Positions 1 to 10,129 of a stretch of DNA of 64,000 bases are shown here, piece after piece. Position numbers and translations under genes: made by a program. The stretch's first letter is position 1, and every line of letters begins with the position of its first letter. Location: assembly GCF_054482595.1 (NCBI RefSeq), contig NZ_CM137008.1; one strand, given 5' to 3'. The notes below the pieces were generated by a model. It was not told the origin of the DNA. It searched no databases and was given only the letters and a program-made list of their open reading frames with translations.

Positions 1-589
1 TGTGATTGACGCTGCCCAGCGTTCGCCTGTCTACAAAATGGCGATGGACTGGAAACTGGCGCTACCGTTGCACCCTGAATACCGCACCCTGCCGATGGTC
101 TGGTACGTTCCTCCGCTGTCACCGATTCAGTCTTACGCTGATGCGGGCGGTTTGCCGAAAAGCGAAGGCGTGCTCCCCGCCATCGAAAGCCTGCGTATTC
201 CGGTGCAATATCTCGCCAATATGTTGAGTGCCGGCGATACCGGTCCGGTACTGCGGGCGCTAAAACGGATGATGGCGATGCGCCACTATATGCGTTCACA
301 AACCGTGGAAGGCGTTACTGATACTCGTGCCATCGACGAAGTAGGCCTGAGCATCGCCCAGGTCGAAGAAATGTATCGCTATCTCGCCATTGCCAACTAT
401 GAAGATCGTTTTGTTATCCCGACCAGCCATCGGGAAATGGCGGGCGATGCCTTCGCTGAACGCAACGGCTGCGGTTTTACCTTTGGCGACGGTTGCCACG
501 GTTCGGACAGTAAATTCAACCTGTTCAACAGTAGCCGTATCGATGCCATCAACATCACCGAAGTGCGCGACAAAGCGGAGGGCGAATAA
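1..589 (+). CDS. narY: Respiratory nitrate reductase 2 beta subunit, C-terminal part only; the 5' end lies upstream of the window
   Basis: ORF 2..589 runs to the window edge; NarH/NarY-like C-terminal sequence; followed by narW and narV homologs with TAATG and ATGA overlaps. Confidence 0.85.
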   Translation, partial: VIDAAQRSPVYKMAMDWKLALPLHPEYRTLPMVWYVPPLSPIQSYADAGGLPKSEGVLPAIESLRIPVQYLANMLSAGDTGPVLRALKRMMAMRHYMRSQTVEGVTDTRAIDEVGLSIAQVEEMYRYLAIANYEDRFVIPTSHREMAGDAFAERNGCGFTFGDGCHGSDSKFNLFNSSRIDAINITEVRDKAEGE

Positions 590-1284
590 TGCAGATCCTC
601 AAAGTGATCGGCCTGTTGATGGAGTATCCGGACGAGCTGTTGTGGGAATGCAAGGAGGACGCGCTGGCGTTGATCCGCCGCGACGCGCCGATGCTTACGG
701 ATTTCACCCGCAACCTGCTTAACGCGCCGCTGCTGGATAAACAGGCCGAATGGTGCGAAGTGTTTGACCGCGGGCGCACCACGTCGCTGCTGCTGTTCGA
801 ACATGTTCATGCCGAGTCCCGCGATCGCGGCCAGGCAATGGTGGACCTGCTGGCGGAGTATGAAAAGGTCGGCCTGCAGCTGGATTGTCGGGAACTGCCC
901 GATTATCTACCGCTGTATCTGGAGTATTTAAGCGTACTGCCTGACGATCAGGCGAAAAAAGGATTGCTCAATGTTGCGCCGATCCTCGCCCTGCTTGGCG
1001 GTCGCTTAAAACAACGCGAGGCACCGTGGTACGCGTTGTTTGATGCTCTGCTGCAACTGGCGGGAAGTACACTTTCAAGTGACAGTGTCACAAAACAAGT
1101 AAACAGCGAAGAGCGCGATGACACCCGCCAGGCGCTTGATGCAGTGTGGGAAGAGGAACAGGTGAAGTTTATTGAAGATAACGCCACGGCGTGTGACAGC
1201 TCGCCGCTTAATCAATATCAGCGACGCTTTAGCCAGGATGTCGCGCCGCAGTATGTCGACATCAGTGCGGGAGGTGAGAAATGA
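589..1284 (+). CDS. narW: Nitrate reductase 2 assembly chaperone (NarJ family)
   Basis: 231-aa ORF; start overlaps narY stop; position between beta and gamma subunit genes. Confidence 0.85.
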   Translation: MQILKVIGLLMEYPDELLWECKEDALALIRRDAPMLTDFTRNLLNAPLLDKQAEWCEVFDRGRTTSLLLFEHVHAESRDRGQAMVDLLAEYEKVGLQLDCRELPDYLPLYLEYLSVLPDDQAKKGLLNVAPILALLGGRLKQREAPWYALFDALLQLAGSTLSSDSVTKQVNSEERDDTRQALDAVWEEEQVKFIEDNATACDSSPLNQYQRRFSQDVAPQYVDISAGGEK

Positions 1285-1961
1285 TTCAGTATCTGAACGT
1301 CTTTTTTTACGATATCTACCCGTACATTTGTGCGACGGTGTTTTTCCTCGGCAGCTGGCTGCGCTACGACTACGGGCAGTACACCTGGCGCGCCTCCTCA
1401 AGTCAAATGCTCGATAAACGCGGGATGGTGATATGGTCGAATCTGTTCCATATTGGCATTTTGGGGATTTTCTTCGGGCACCTGTTCGGCATGTTAACGC
1501 CGCACTGGATGTACGCGTGGTTTTTGCCGGTGGCAGCGAAACAACTAATGGCGATGGTGCTCGGAGGCATTTGCGGTGTGTTGACGTTGATTGGTGGCGC
1601 AGGACTGCTGTGGCGCAGGCTGACAAATCAGCGCGTGCGTGCCACTTCCACTACGCCGGATATCATCATCATGAGCATTTTGCTGGTCCAGTGTCTGTTG
1701 GGGCTAAGCACCATACCGTTTTCAGCACAGTATCCTGATGGTAGCGAAATGATGAAGCTGGTGGGTTGGGCGCAAAGCATTGTCACTTTCCGTGGTGGAT
1801 CGTCAGAGATGCTTAACGGTGTAGCGTTCGTCTTCCGCCTGCATCTGGTGTTGGGAATGACCATCTTCCTGCTCTTCCCGTTCACTAGACTGGTGCATGT
1901 GTGGAGCGCGCCGTTTGAGTACTTTACTCGTCGGTATCAGATTGTGCGTTCGCGGCGATAA
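1281..1961 (+). CDS. narV: Respiratory nitrate reductase 2 gamma subunit (membrane cytochrome b)
   Basis: 226-aa hydrophobic ORF; ATGA overlap with narW; NarI-like. Confidence 0.85.
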   Translation: MIQYLNVFFYDIYPYICATVFFLGSWLRYDYGQYTWRASSSQMLDKRGMVIWSNLFHIGILGIFFGHLFGMLTPHWMYAWFLPVAAKQLMAMVLGGICGVLTLIGGAGLLWRRLTNQRVRATSTTPDIIIMSILLVQCLLGLSTIPFSAQYPDGSEMMKLVGWAQSIVTFRGGSSEMLNGVAFVFRLHLVLGMTIFLLFPFTRLVHVWSAPFEYFTRRYQIVRSRR

Positions 1962-2040
1962 TTTTCACCCTGGCCGGATAGCCCTTCGCTCTCCGGCCAC
2001 TTGCAGGCTATGATAGTTCTCCAGTCACAGGAGAACGTTA

Positions 2041-2934
2041 ATGAAACCGCAGATTTACCACGTCGATGCTTTTACCTCTCAACCATTTCGCGGCAATTCT
2101 GCCGGTGTTGTTTTCCCCGCCGATAATCTTAGCGAAGCGCAAATGCAGCTTATCGCCCGCGAATTAGGTCATTCGGAAACTGCTTTTCTGCTGCACAGCG
2201 ACGACAGCGATGTGCGCATCCGCTACTTTACGCCAACGGTTGAAGTTCCGATTTGTGGTCACGCGACAGTAGCTGCGCACTATGTACGTGCGAAGGTGTT
2301 AGGTTTAGGAAATTGCACGGTCTGGCAAACATCGCTGGCAGGAAAACATCGCGTGACTATCGAAAAGCACCACGATGATTATCGTATTTCGCTGGAACAA
2401 GGTACGCCGGGCTTTGAGCCACCGCTGGAAGATGAAACACGTGCGGCGATTATCAACGCGCTTCATCTCACTGAGGACGATATTCTGCCAGGCTTGCCAA
2501 TTCAGGTGGCAACAACAGGACACTCAAAAGTGATGATCCCGTTGAAACCAGAAGTGGATATCGACGCCCTTTCGCCTGATCTTGCTGCGCTGAGCGCTAT
2601 CAGCAAACAGATTGGCTGCAATGGTTTCTTCCCGTTCCAGATCCGCCCAGGCAAAAACGAAACCGATGGTCGCATGTTCTCGCCTGCGATTGGTATTGTG
2701 GAAGATCCGGTGACTGGCAATGCCAATGGCCCGATGGGTGCATGGTTGGTACATCACAACGTATTGCCCCACGATGGCAAGGTGCTGCGTGTTAAAGGCC
2801 ATCAGGGGCGCGCATTGGGGCGTGACGGCGTGATTGAAGTGACGGTGACAATTCGTGATAACCAACCGGAAAAAGTCACCATTTCTGGCGCGGCGGTGAT
2901 TTTGTTTCATGCCGAATGGGCAATTAAACTCTGA
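2041..2934 (+). CDS. yddE: PhzF-family isomerase-like protein
   Basis: 297-aa ORF; synteny downstream of narV. Confidence 0.8.
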   Translation: MKPQIYHVDAFTSQPFRGNSAGVVFPADNLSEAQMQLIARELGHSETAFLLHSDDSDVRIRYFTPTVEVPICGHATVAAHYVRAKVLGLGNCTVWQTSLAGKHRVTIEKHHDDYRISLEQGTPGFEPPLEDETRAAIINALHLTEDDILPGLPIQVATTGHSKVMIPLKPEVDIDALSPDLAALSAISKQIGCNGFFPFQIRPGKNETDGRMFSPAIGIVEDPVTGNANGPMGAWLVHHNVLPHDGKVLRVKGHQGRALGRDGVIEVTVTIRDNQPEKVTISGAAVILFHAEWAIKL

Positions 2935-2941
2935 AACCGTT

Positions 2942-3017
2942 GCCTGATGCGCTTCGCTTATCAGGTCTACAACCGAGCTAATGTATGCCGGATAAGGCGT
3001 TTACGCCGCATCCGGCA
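2942..3017. repeat. Two REP-type palindromic units (BIME-like) in the convergent yddE/nhoA gap
   Basis: gcctgatgcgcttcgcttatcaggtctac and gccggataaggcgtttacgccgcatccggca, typical enterobacterial REP palindromes; the overlapping + ORF 2947..3204 is spurious. Confidence 0.6.
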
Positions 3018-3029
3018 ACCTGACATAAA

Positions 3030-3875
3030 TTATTTTCCCGCCTCCGGGTGCGTATCAAACGCCGCCATCACCAGCGCTAACTCATCCACGGTTAAGCCAT
3101 GTTTCGCATCATCCACGCCCAGACCAAACTGTTCTTGCATCACAGCATATAATGACGCCACATCCGGTAGATTTCGCTGCTCCACCGCGTGCCCATTTTC
3201 ATAATGGGTAAAATGAAAATTGGTCAGTGTCAGCTTGCCGCCGTCCGGCAAATGGCGGCACATCAGCAAATGATGGCGAAAATGCGACTGCGGCCAGTGC
3301 GCCGACCAGAAATTGCCCATCACATAATCGCTTTGTTGCTGCTCGCAGAGATCAAAACGGTACATCGACTGCCAATGCTGATGATGATTAAACTGCAACA
3401 CCCAATCATCACCCTCCTGCAACAACCGATACTCTCCGTGTGGCGTGGTCTGCACGAGATCGGGAACTAAACGAATCGGCGCGGTTAGCGTCTGCCCACC
3501 GAAACCGACATCAGCAATCCATTTTTCCCCTTCCAGTTCCACCAACAGCAAACGATGGGTGCGCGGCGGTAATGCTGGCGGATTTGATAACACTACCCGC
3601 CCTAACAAGCTGCGAACGTTAAACCCCAGCTCGCGTAACACCCGCTCAAACACGCCATTCTGCTCAAAACAGTAACCGCCACGACGGGCTATCACCAGTT
3701 TCTCTTCCAGCGATTGATCATCAAGCTGTATTTCCCTCGGCAGCAAAACGTCGAGGTTTTCAAACGGAATGGTGCAATTGTGTTTCAGGTGCAATGCACG
3801 AAGCGTATCAATATTGACCGCAGCAGCTCCCGACCAGTTAATACGGGCAAAATAGTGATTCAGAATGGGCGTCAT
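3030..3875 (-). CDS. nhoA: Arylamine N-acetyltransferase (N-hydroxyarylamine O-acetyltransferase)
   Basis: 281-aa ORF; NAT-family sequence; synteny. Confidence 0.85.
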   Translation of the reverse strand: MTPILNHYFARINWSGAAAVNIDTLRALHLKHNCTIPFENLDVLLPREIQLDDQSLEEKLVIARRGGYCFEQNGVFERVLRELGFNVRSLLGRVVLSNPPALPPRTHRLLLVELEGEKWIADVGFGGQTLTAPIRLVPDLVQTTPHGEYRLLQEGDDWVLQFNHHQHWQSMYRFDLCEQQQSDYVMGNFWSAHWPQSHFRHHLLMCRHLPDGGKLTLTNFHFTHYENGHAVEQRNLPDVASLYAVMQEQFGLGVDDAKHGLTVDELALVMAAFDTHPEAGK

Positions 3876-4047
3876 CAGGCGTTTCCCTTAGTGGTTTTCT
3901 CAACTTATAACCTGGAATAGACGCCGCACCGGCTATTTTGTGCGATCGCGGACATGCATCACGTTCGCAAATCGCCAATCCCGTTAATTTCGTTACTTAT
4001 TGCGTTACGGACTACGCTTAAAAAAACCTTCTTCGCGAGGCGATACC

Positions 4048-4617
4048 ATGAGCCGATTCATCCCCATAGAATTACACCATGCCAGCCGTCTGTTAAATCA
4101 TGGCCCAACTGTCTTGATCACCAGTTTCGATGAGCAATCCCAGCGGCGTAACATTATGGCTGCAGCCTGGTCAATGCCGGTGGAGTTTGAACCTCCACGC
4201 GTGGCGATTGTGGTAGATAAATCGACATGGACCAGGGAGTTGATTGAACATAACGGTAAATTTGGCATCGTTATCCCGGGCGTTGCAGCAACTAACTGGA
4301 CGTGGGCAGTGGGAAGTGTATCTGGGCGTGAAGAAGATAAATTTAATTGCTACGGCATTCCGGTGGTGAAAGGTCCGGTGCTTGGTTTGCCACTTGTTGA
4401 AGAGAAATGCCTGGCGTGGATGGAGTGCCGCCTGCTACCTGCGACTTCTGCGCAACAAAAATACGACACGCTGTTTGGCGAGGTGGTATCAGCAGCGGCA
4501 GACGCACGGGTATTTGTCGAAGGCCGCTGGCAGTTTGATGATGATAAGCTCAATACGTTGCATCATTTAGGTGCTGGCACGTTTGTTACCAGCGGCAAGC
4601 GAGTTACGGCGGGTTAA
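4048..4617 (+). CDS. yddH: Flavin reductase-like protein
   Basis: ORF 4000..4617; start placed at the internal Met (MSRFIPIELHH) to give about 189 aa. Confidence 0.75.
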   Translation: MSRFIPIELHHASRLLNHGPTVLITSFDEQSQRRNIMAAAWSMPVEFEPPRVAIVVDKSTWTRELIEHNGKFGIVIPGVAATNWTWAVGSVSGREEDKFNCYGIPVVKGPVLGLPLVEEKCLAWMECRLLPATSAQQKYDTLFGEVVSAAADARVFVEGRWQFDDDKLNTLHHLGAGTFVTSGKRVTAG

Positions 4618-4620
4618 GCA

Positions 4621-4848
4621 TTACATGCTGTAACCGGGTTTCTTTATCAAAGCCTCCATTTGGGGCGCGATTTCGGCATCCCAGATAGCTTGCCATGATT
4701 CTGGTTGAATCTGCTGTAGAGAAATGCTTATCGAGCTATCTTTACTGTTCAGATGGCGAATAATAACGTCGGTAATATCTGCAGCAAGTGCTGCTTTTTG
4801 TTGTTCGTCCAGTTCACGCGGAAAACATTTAATGTCGATGTGCGGCAT
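4621..4848 (-). CDS. pptA: 4-oxalocrotonate tautomerase-family protein
   Basis: Start placed at MPHIDIK within ORF 4621..4962; N-terminal Pro1 after Met is typical of the tautomerase superfamily. Confidence 0.75.
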   Translation of the reverse strand: MPHIDIKCFPRELDEQQKAALAADITDVIIRHLNSKDSSISISLQQIQPESWQAIWDAEIAPQMEALIKKPGYSM

Positions 4849-5283
4849 GATTACGCTCCTTTTGAAAGATGTCAGTAAAATTAACACACATTGTGAATGT
4901 CGTATGTCCGGTGATGCGTTTTTACGACAATAATGCCTGCTTGAAATTGTAGATATTTGCACTACACCCTTTTAAATAAAGCACCAACAAATCGTCAACT
5001 TGCAGAACATATTCTTCTGCCTACATACCATTAAGAAAACATCAAGTTCCCGACTTGCCAATTTATTAACGCCCATTATAGACGCTGAAACAAGCTACGG
5101 ACAAAGGAGATGCCAAAATTACCGGCAATGCAGAAAAACTCAACGAACCATGGCTCTTTACCACAGCAGCCGGGGTTGTTTGGGACCGACTTCCGACAGC
5201 AGATCCCGGTGGGCCTGCCACCATCTCTTCACAAGTTTATGCTTATTACATGCAAAACGTCCCGTTTTGCATCTTTGTGCCTA

Positions 5284-5400
5284 CGGCACACCGTGATCTT
5301 TCCCTGGTCCCTGTCCCGGATTGTAGTACCGGTGCCAGTTGTAGTGCAGTTCGGATTCGTCGTCATACTGCTAGCCCGGATGGCGGAGCAGTTGCTCTAG
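5284..5400 (-). pseudogene. Decayed fragment of an Rhs core end (orphan rhs remnant), interrupted by stops
   Basis: Minus-strand translation gives ...QYDDESELHYNWHRYYNPGQG..., resembling the Rhs core terminus [12 protein letters not shown]; stop codons on both sides; no intact downstream ORF. Confidence 0.5.
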
Positions 5401-5442
5401 TCACTCAGAATATTGTAATAGTGATAGAGTGCAGTGCCGGTT

Positions 5443-5856
5443 TCAATATCCTAACGCTGGTCTTTTGCCTGTATTAACTGATTTAGCTGGTTTGCTACAT
5501 ATTAATGCCTTCAGATTTTCCCTTTCCTTGTCTGTGATACTGTCACAAACCCTACTAGCCCATTCTACTTCACTCTTCTCCAGGCATTCTATTTTCTTAT
5601 TGCTCATTGTTCTAATGTTTGGTGTTGCATCTCCATTTAATAACATCCATGTTTCATTTTTCTTCATAAAACATCTTCCATTATGTTCAAAGATATTAGG
5701 TGTGAATATATTATCAGAATCCCATGTTACGACTTGCTCGAGGGCTATATTATCTTGATAGTCCATGCCAGCATTATAATAATCACAAGATATAATTATC
5801 ATGGAAATAATTATCATGGAAATAATTATCACTAATATCTTCCCAAGCATTTCCAT
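5443..5856 (-). CDS. Putative Rhs immunity protein, predicted lipoprotein
   Basis: 137-aa ORF whose ATG directly abuts the rhs stop codon; AT-rich; N-terminal hydrophobic segment ending in a lipobox-like IISC with Asp at +2. Confidence 0.55.
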   Translation of the reverse strand: MEMLGKILVIIISMIIISMIIISCDYYNAGMDYQDNIALEQVVTWDSDNIFTPNIFEHNGRCFMKKNETWMLLNGDATPNIRTMSNKKIECLEKSEVEWASRVCDSITDKERENLKALICSKPAKSVNTGKRPALGY

Positions 5857-8800
5857 TTACTTTACCTCTTGAAATTCAAATGGGAATCCAGTGAAAGGAC
5901 CTTTAGGCATAATATATCTTTGATATCCATAAAGCTCACCGAGCACTTGTAGGCTTATAGGCGCATTTGTATTCATAGAGGGGTTGTTAAACCCGCACGC
6001 CTCAAAAATCATGTTCGTTCGGCTAAAACAATTATTTAAAACAGGAAGAGGCCCGAGGTTAATAGTTTTTAGTTTTTTATTAAGGTCTATTGCCTTATTC
6101 ATCATACATTGTTCTTCTTCATCTGTTGTATCTATTATCCAAATCCAGGTATCTCTGCGGGATTGTATCTTTTTAAAATAATCAGAGACAGAGGCTCCCA
6201 TCTCATCCCCAGTTCCCGAACTCATTAATCCATATCGATTTGCCGCCGCAGCATGCCCAAAAGGATTATCAGGAACGGGGCCGTTACCTATTATCATAGT
6301 ACTAAGCCCTAATGGATCAACGTGTTGCACTGGATTCAGCGGATATTGGTACAGATTCCATCCCCCCTTCAGCCCTATCGGGTCCTGAGTGATATACCGC
6401 CCCTGCAACGGATCGTAGTACCGGTTCCGGTTGTAGTACAGCCCCGACTCCTTATCATACTGCTGCCCCGGCAGCCGGTACGGCTGGTGCAGGTGATGCG
6501 GGTTCTCCTCATTAAGCTGGTTGCCCCATTCATCATACTCCGCGCTCCACGCCGTATTGCCGTCTTCACTGATAAGCGCCAGCGGCAGGCCCCGGTGGTC
6601 GCAGTGGTAAAGATGAACTTTTCTCGCCGGTGTGTATTCCGGCTCCATCTGTCTGGCCAGTTGCTCCACCGTCAGCCCGCACTGCGCAAGCCACGCCCGG
6701 CTTTCACTGCTCACGCGGTCTGCCCGGATTTCTTCCTCCAGTCTGTCCAGCAGCCGCACCAGTTCAGCCGGAAATACCACGCCGTGCCCGTCCTCGCTCC
6801 CTTCCTGCTGCATCTTCTCCGCCAGGCTGCGGCGCTGCGCTTTCTCCCGCTCGCCGTTCTCTGTCTCGCCCCGGATGAGCGGCGTGAAGCTTCCCGGCTC
6901 GTATACCGTCTGGATACGTGTGGTGTCAGTCTGCACCGTCGTCAGCCTGTCGCCGTCCCACCCGTACCATGTCTCCTCCGGTTTACGCGACAGCGACATC
7001 CATCCCGTCAGGTCACGCCCGCGACGCCACACCCGTTTCGCCATTCGCCGTCCCAGCGGGTCGTAGAGGTAGCAGCTCTCGACCAGTGGCTCGCCATGCT
7101 GTATCCGCGTGTAGAACACCAGGCGGTGCTGGCTGTCGTAGTGATAGTGGTGGGTGCGCTCGTCGTGCATCCGGATAACCCCTTCCGGGATACGGTCCGT
7201 CTTCTCCGCCAGCCTGCCGTATTCATCGTAGCGGTAGACATAGTGCGCATCTTCCGCGATGCGGTTATCCGGCCACGCCGTGAAGGTGCTGTCCGGGTGC
7301 AGTTCCGGGTCCGGCAGCCGGTTTCCTGCCGGGTCCGTCGCATACGGGATATCGATATCCAGGTTCGCTGCCGTGGTGTGGACGCCCGTCAGCCTTCCCG
7401 TGCCGCTGTAACGGTACTCCCGGCTCTCCTGCGGGCCGCTGATGCGGATTAGCTGTCCGTTGTCGTTCCAGTCGTAGTCATGGTCAAGCTGCGGAAGGTT
7501 CAGGTGCCTGCTCCGGAGCTGGCCGCTGGTATTCCAGGCGGTGGCAAGTTCATATGCCTCCCCGCCGAAGCTGCGGGCCGTCTCACGGTGCAGCCGGTCC
7601 CGCGTGTACTCGACCAGCGGCGTTCCGCCCAGCTTCATCCCCGCAAGATAACCGCTGCCATACGTCAGCCACTCCACCCGCGGCAGGCTGTCCGGCGTGA
7701 CGCGGTTTGCCAGACCCTGTTCGTTGTATGCGTGCTCTGTCTCATGCTGCCACAGCAGTTCCCCCGTCTCCGGGTTATGCACCGTCTGGCGTTCGCCGGC
7801 CAGGCGACCCTTATCATCATAACCGTAATGCACCGCCACCTGATGGCCTTCGCTCAGGTGGCTGATGTCTGTCAGCCAGCCGTGGCCGTCATACTGCCAC
7901 TGCTCTGCCGGTTCACCGTTCACCGTGCGGTGAGTGATACGGTCCGATTCGTCGTAGTGCCAGAGGGTGACAAGTCCCTCATCCTCACTCTGTGTGAGTT
8001 TTCCGGTCAGGTCATAATGATAACGCTGCGTCCGCCCGTCAAAGCCGCCCTGCTGTACCAGGCGGTCCAGCGCATCGTAGCTGAAGTCGCTGTGACTGCC
8101 GTTCTCGTTGGTCAGGCTGATGACACGTCCGGCAGCATCGTACTCCATACTGCGCGTCAGCCCGCCCTGCGTGGTGCTGACCGCCTTTCCCCACGCATCG
8201 TACTGTGTCTCGCTCCGGTTGCCGTCCGGGGTGATAACGGCAGTCAGGTCGCCTGCGGCGTTGTATTCATACCGCGTTTCACGGCCCTGTGCGTCTTTCA
8301 CCGAGGTTAACCGGCCACGGTTGTCATAGCGGCGGTAAAGGCTGATGCCTTCCTCGCGGTGGACCGCCGTCATCTGGCCGAAGCGGTCGTATTCATAGCG
8401 GGTCTGGTAGCCCGAGCAGTCGGTGAACGCCAGCAACTGACCGTAGCGGCTCCACGTCATCTGCCGGGTGCTGCCCGTCGCATCTGTTGTCGTGGCCGGT
8501 AATTCACTGTGCGCATCATCATAGCGGTAGCGTACTGTCTCCCCGCTGCGCGATGTCTCCGTTACCAGCCTGTCCAGTTCATCATATGCCCGGCGGCTCT
8601 CCAGCCCGTCCGGGGACACCACCGCCGTCAGCTGGTTCCCGTCGTTATAGTAAAATTTCGTCTCCCGCCCGTCCGGTGTGGTGATGTCCGTGATATCGCC
8701 GGACACCACATTCAGACCGTACTCTGTCCGCCGTCCCGCCGCGTCCGTCTGCGCCGTGAGCCTTCCTGCCGCGTCATACCCGCTGTGCGTGACGCTGCCA

Positions 8801-10062
8801 TCCGCCAGTTCTTTTTTCACCACCCGTTTCAGCCCGCCTTCACCTTCTGTATGCAGCACCTCACGCCGGTTCAGGCTGTCGGTGACGGTGATGCGGTCCT
8901 GCTCATACTGGTAGCGGTAACTCAGGCCTGCCGGGTTAAGCTGCTCCACCACCCGCCCGGTATCGTCGTAGCGGTAGCGCATCTCCGGCCTTCCCGCATA
9001 ACGGTGCCCCACCATCCGGCCCGGGTGCTGCGCGTCATACGTGAAAGCGCGCACCTGTGTCCCGCTGCGGTCATATACCGCCAGCAGTTCACCGGCTTCC
9101 GTATACGTGTACCGCGCCAGTGGCGCTCCGGGCAGGCTCTCCGGGTATGCCGGGTCGTGCATCAGCCACACCGCCAAAAGGCGGATACCCCTGTCGGGGC
9201 CGTATTCGGTACCGGGCAGTGTGTCGGGGAACGCTGAGGCTGAGAGAGGGCGGGAACGGTCAGAAGAAGATAGCGAAGAGGTGCGGGCCTCTTCCGCACG
9301 CTGCGCCTGCGTGGTCAGCACCAGACGGAACTCCCGCCCGGCACCGTCCGTCACGCCGGTGATTTCCCCGGCCAGGTCACCGGCGGCCTCACGCCGGTAC
9401 GTCAGCGTCCGCCCGAAGCGGTCCGCCATCCCGGTAAGCACCCGGTACGGCGGCAGCGGCGCTGGCAGTACGTCCTCAGCACCCGGCACCCGCTCAGACC
9501 ACCCCAGTATCCACCACGGCCCCTGTGCGCTGTTGGTCGCCAGGTAAAGATGCGGGCTTAACCGGATATCCGGCGGCAGCGACGCCCACAGCCGTGCCAG
9601 CGTATGGCCGTCCGGCTGCGTTGCCTTACCGCCACGCACCAGCCACAGGGACTCGCTGCGGCTGTACACCGCCTCACCCGGCAGCAGCGGCTCAAAGTGA
9701 ATGCTCCGTCCGCCGTTGTCGTTGAGTACCAGTGCATCATCGCGTAGCTGTAAGCGGATATCAGAAGGCGCTTTCCAGCCGGGGCCAAAAATCCCCACCG
9801 GTGCAGGCGTCTTCGTCCGGTAGCTGCTGTAGGTGCGGGAGAGAATGAACGGCAGCGGGCCGGGCAGCGCAAGGTCCGTCTCGCCGGGCAGCACCTTCGC
9901 CCCCAGTAGCGGGTTTACCGGGTTAGAATAGGTGATACCGCCCGGACACACCGAGCACGCCACACCGGTCGGCGCGCCTATCAGTACCCCCGCTGACCCC
10001 TGGACTATCGGACCGCCGTACTGGGTCATATCTCCCTGGCGTGCCGCTGGTTTTCCGCTCAT
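5857..10062 (-). CDS. rhs: Rhs-family polymorphic toxin with N-terminal PAAR-like domain, YD-repeat core and variable C-terminal toxin tip
   Basis: 1401-aa ORF; N-terminus [11 protein letters not shown]...; many YD repeats; core terminus PxxxxDPLGL near 6305 followed by a roughly 148-aa AT-rich tip. Confidence 0.9.
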   Translation of the reverse strand: MSGKPAARQGDMTQYGGPIVQGSAGVLIGAPTGVACSVCPGGITYSNPVNPLLGAKVLPGETDLALPGPLPFILSRTYSSYRTKTPAPVGIFGPGWKAPSDIRLQLRDDALVLNDNGGRSIHFEPLLPGEAVYSRSESLWLVRGGKATQPDGHTLARLWASLPPDIRLSPHLYLATNSAQGPWWILGWSERVPGAEDVLPAPLPPYRVLTGMADRFGRTLTYRREAAGDLAGEITGVTDGAGREFRLVLTTQAQRAEEARTSSLSSSDRSRPLSASAFPDTLPGTEYGPDRGIRLLAVWLMHDPAYPESLPGAPLARYTYTEAGELLAVYDRSGTQVRAFTYDAQHPGRMVGHRYAGRPEMRYRYDDTGRVVEQLNPAGLSYRYQYEQDRITVTDSLNRREVLHTEGEGGLKRVVKKELADGSVTHSGYDAAGRLTAQTDAAGRRTEYGLNVVSGDITDITTPDGRETKFYYNDGNQLTAVVSPDGLESRRAYDELDRLVTETSRSGETVRYRYDDAHSELPATTTDATGSTRQMTWSRYGQLLAFTDCSGYQTRYEYDRFGQMTAVHREEGISLYRRYDNRGRLTSVKDAQGRETRYEYNAAGDLTAVITPDGNRSETQYDAWGKAVSTTQGGLTRSMEYDAAGRVISLTNENGSHSDFSYDALDRLVQQGGFDGRTQRYHYDLTGKLTQSEDEGLVTLWHYDESDRITHRTVNGEPAEQWQYDGHGWLTDISHLSEGHQVAVHYGYDDKGRLAGERQTVHNPETGELLWQHETEHAYNEQGLANRVTPDSLPRVEWLTYGSGYLAGMKLGGTPLVEYTRDRLHRETARSFGGEAYELATAWNTSGQLRSRHLNLPQLDHDYDWNDNGQLIRISGPQESREYRYSGTGRLTGVHTTAANLDIDIPYATDPAGNRLPDPELHPDSTFTAWPDNRIAEDAHYVYRYDEYGRLAEKTDRIPEGVIRMHDERTHHYHYDSQHRLVFYTRIQHGEPLVESCYLYDPLGRRMAKRVWRRGRDLTGWMSLSRKPEETWYGWDGDRLTTVQTDTTRIQTVYEPGSFTPLIRGETENGEREKAQRRSLAEKMQQEGSEDGHGVVFPAELVRLLDRLEEEIRADRVSSESRAWLAQCGLTVEQLARQMEPEYTPARKVHLYHCDHRGLPLALISEDGNTAWSAEYDEWGNQLNEENPHHLHQPYRLPGQQYDKESGLYYNRNRYYDPLQGRYITQDPIGLKGGWNLYQYPLNPVQHVDPLGLSTMIIGNGPVPDNPFGHAAAANRYGLMSSGTGDEMGASVSDYFKKIQSRRDTWIWIIDTTDEEEQCMMNKAIDLNKKLKTINLGPLPVLNNCFSRTNMIFEACGFNNPSMNTNAPISLQVLGELYGYQRYIMPKGPFTGFPFEFQEVK

Positions 10063-10129
10063 GATTCAAATTCCTTCTTCTGTTTATTTTTAATGCTGGT
10101 TTGTTACTGAATACCGAACAGGTACGGGA

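Noticed and set aside
5429-5758. Plus-strand 109-aa hydrophobic ORF overlapping the immunity gene
   Set aside because: Antisense to the minus-strand ORF that is start-stop coupled to rhs; AT-rich sequence produces spurious hydrophobic frames.
6322-9725. Long plus-strand ORFs opposite rhs (6322..7452, 7480..8310, 8509..9237, 9041..9547 and others)
   Set aside because: Antisense shadow ORFs in GC-rich Rhs coding sequence; Pro/Arg/Val-rich low-complexity translations, no start signals, and the minus-strand Rhs frame explains the region.
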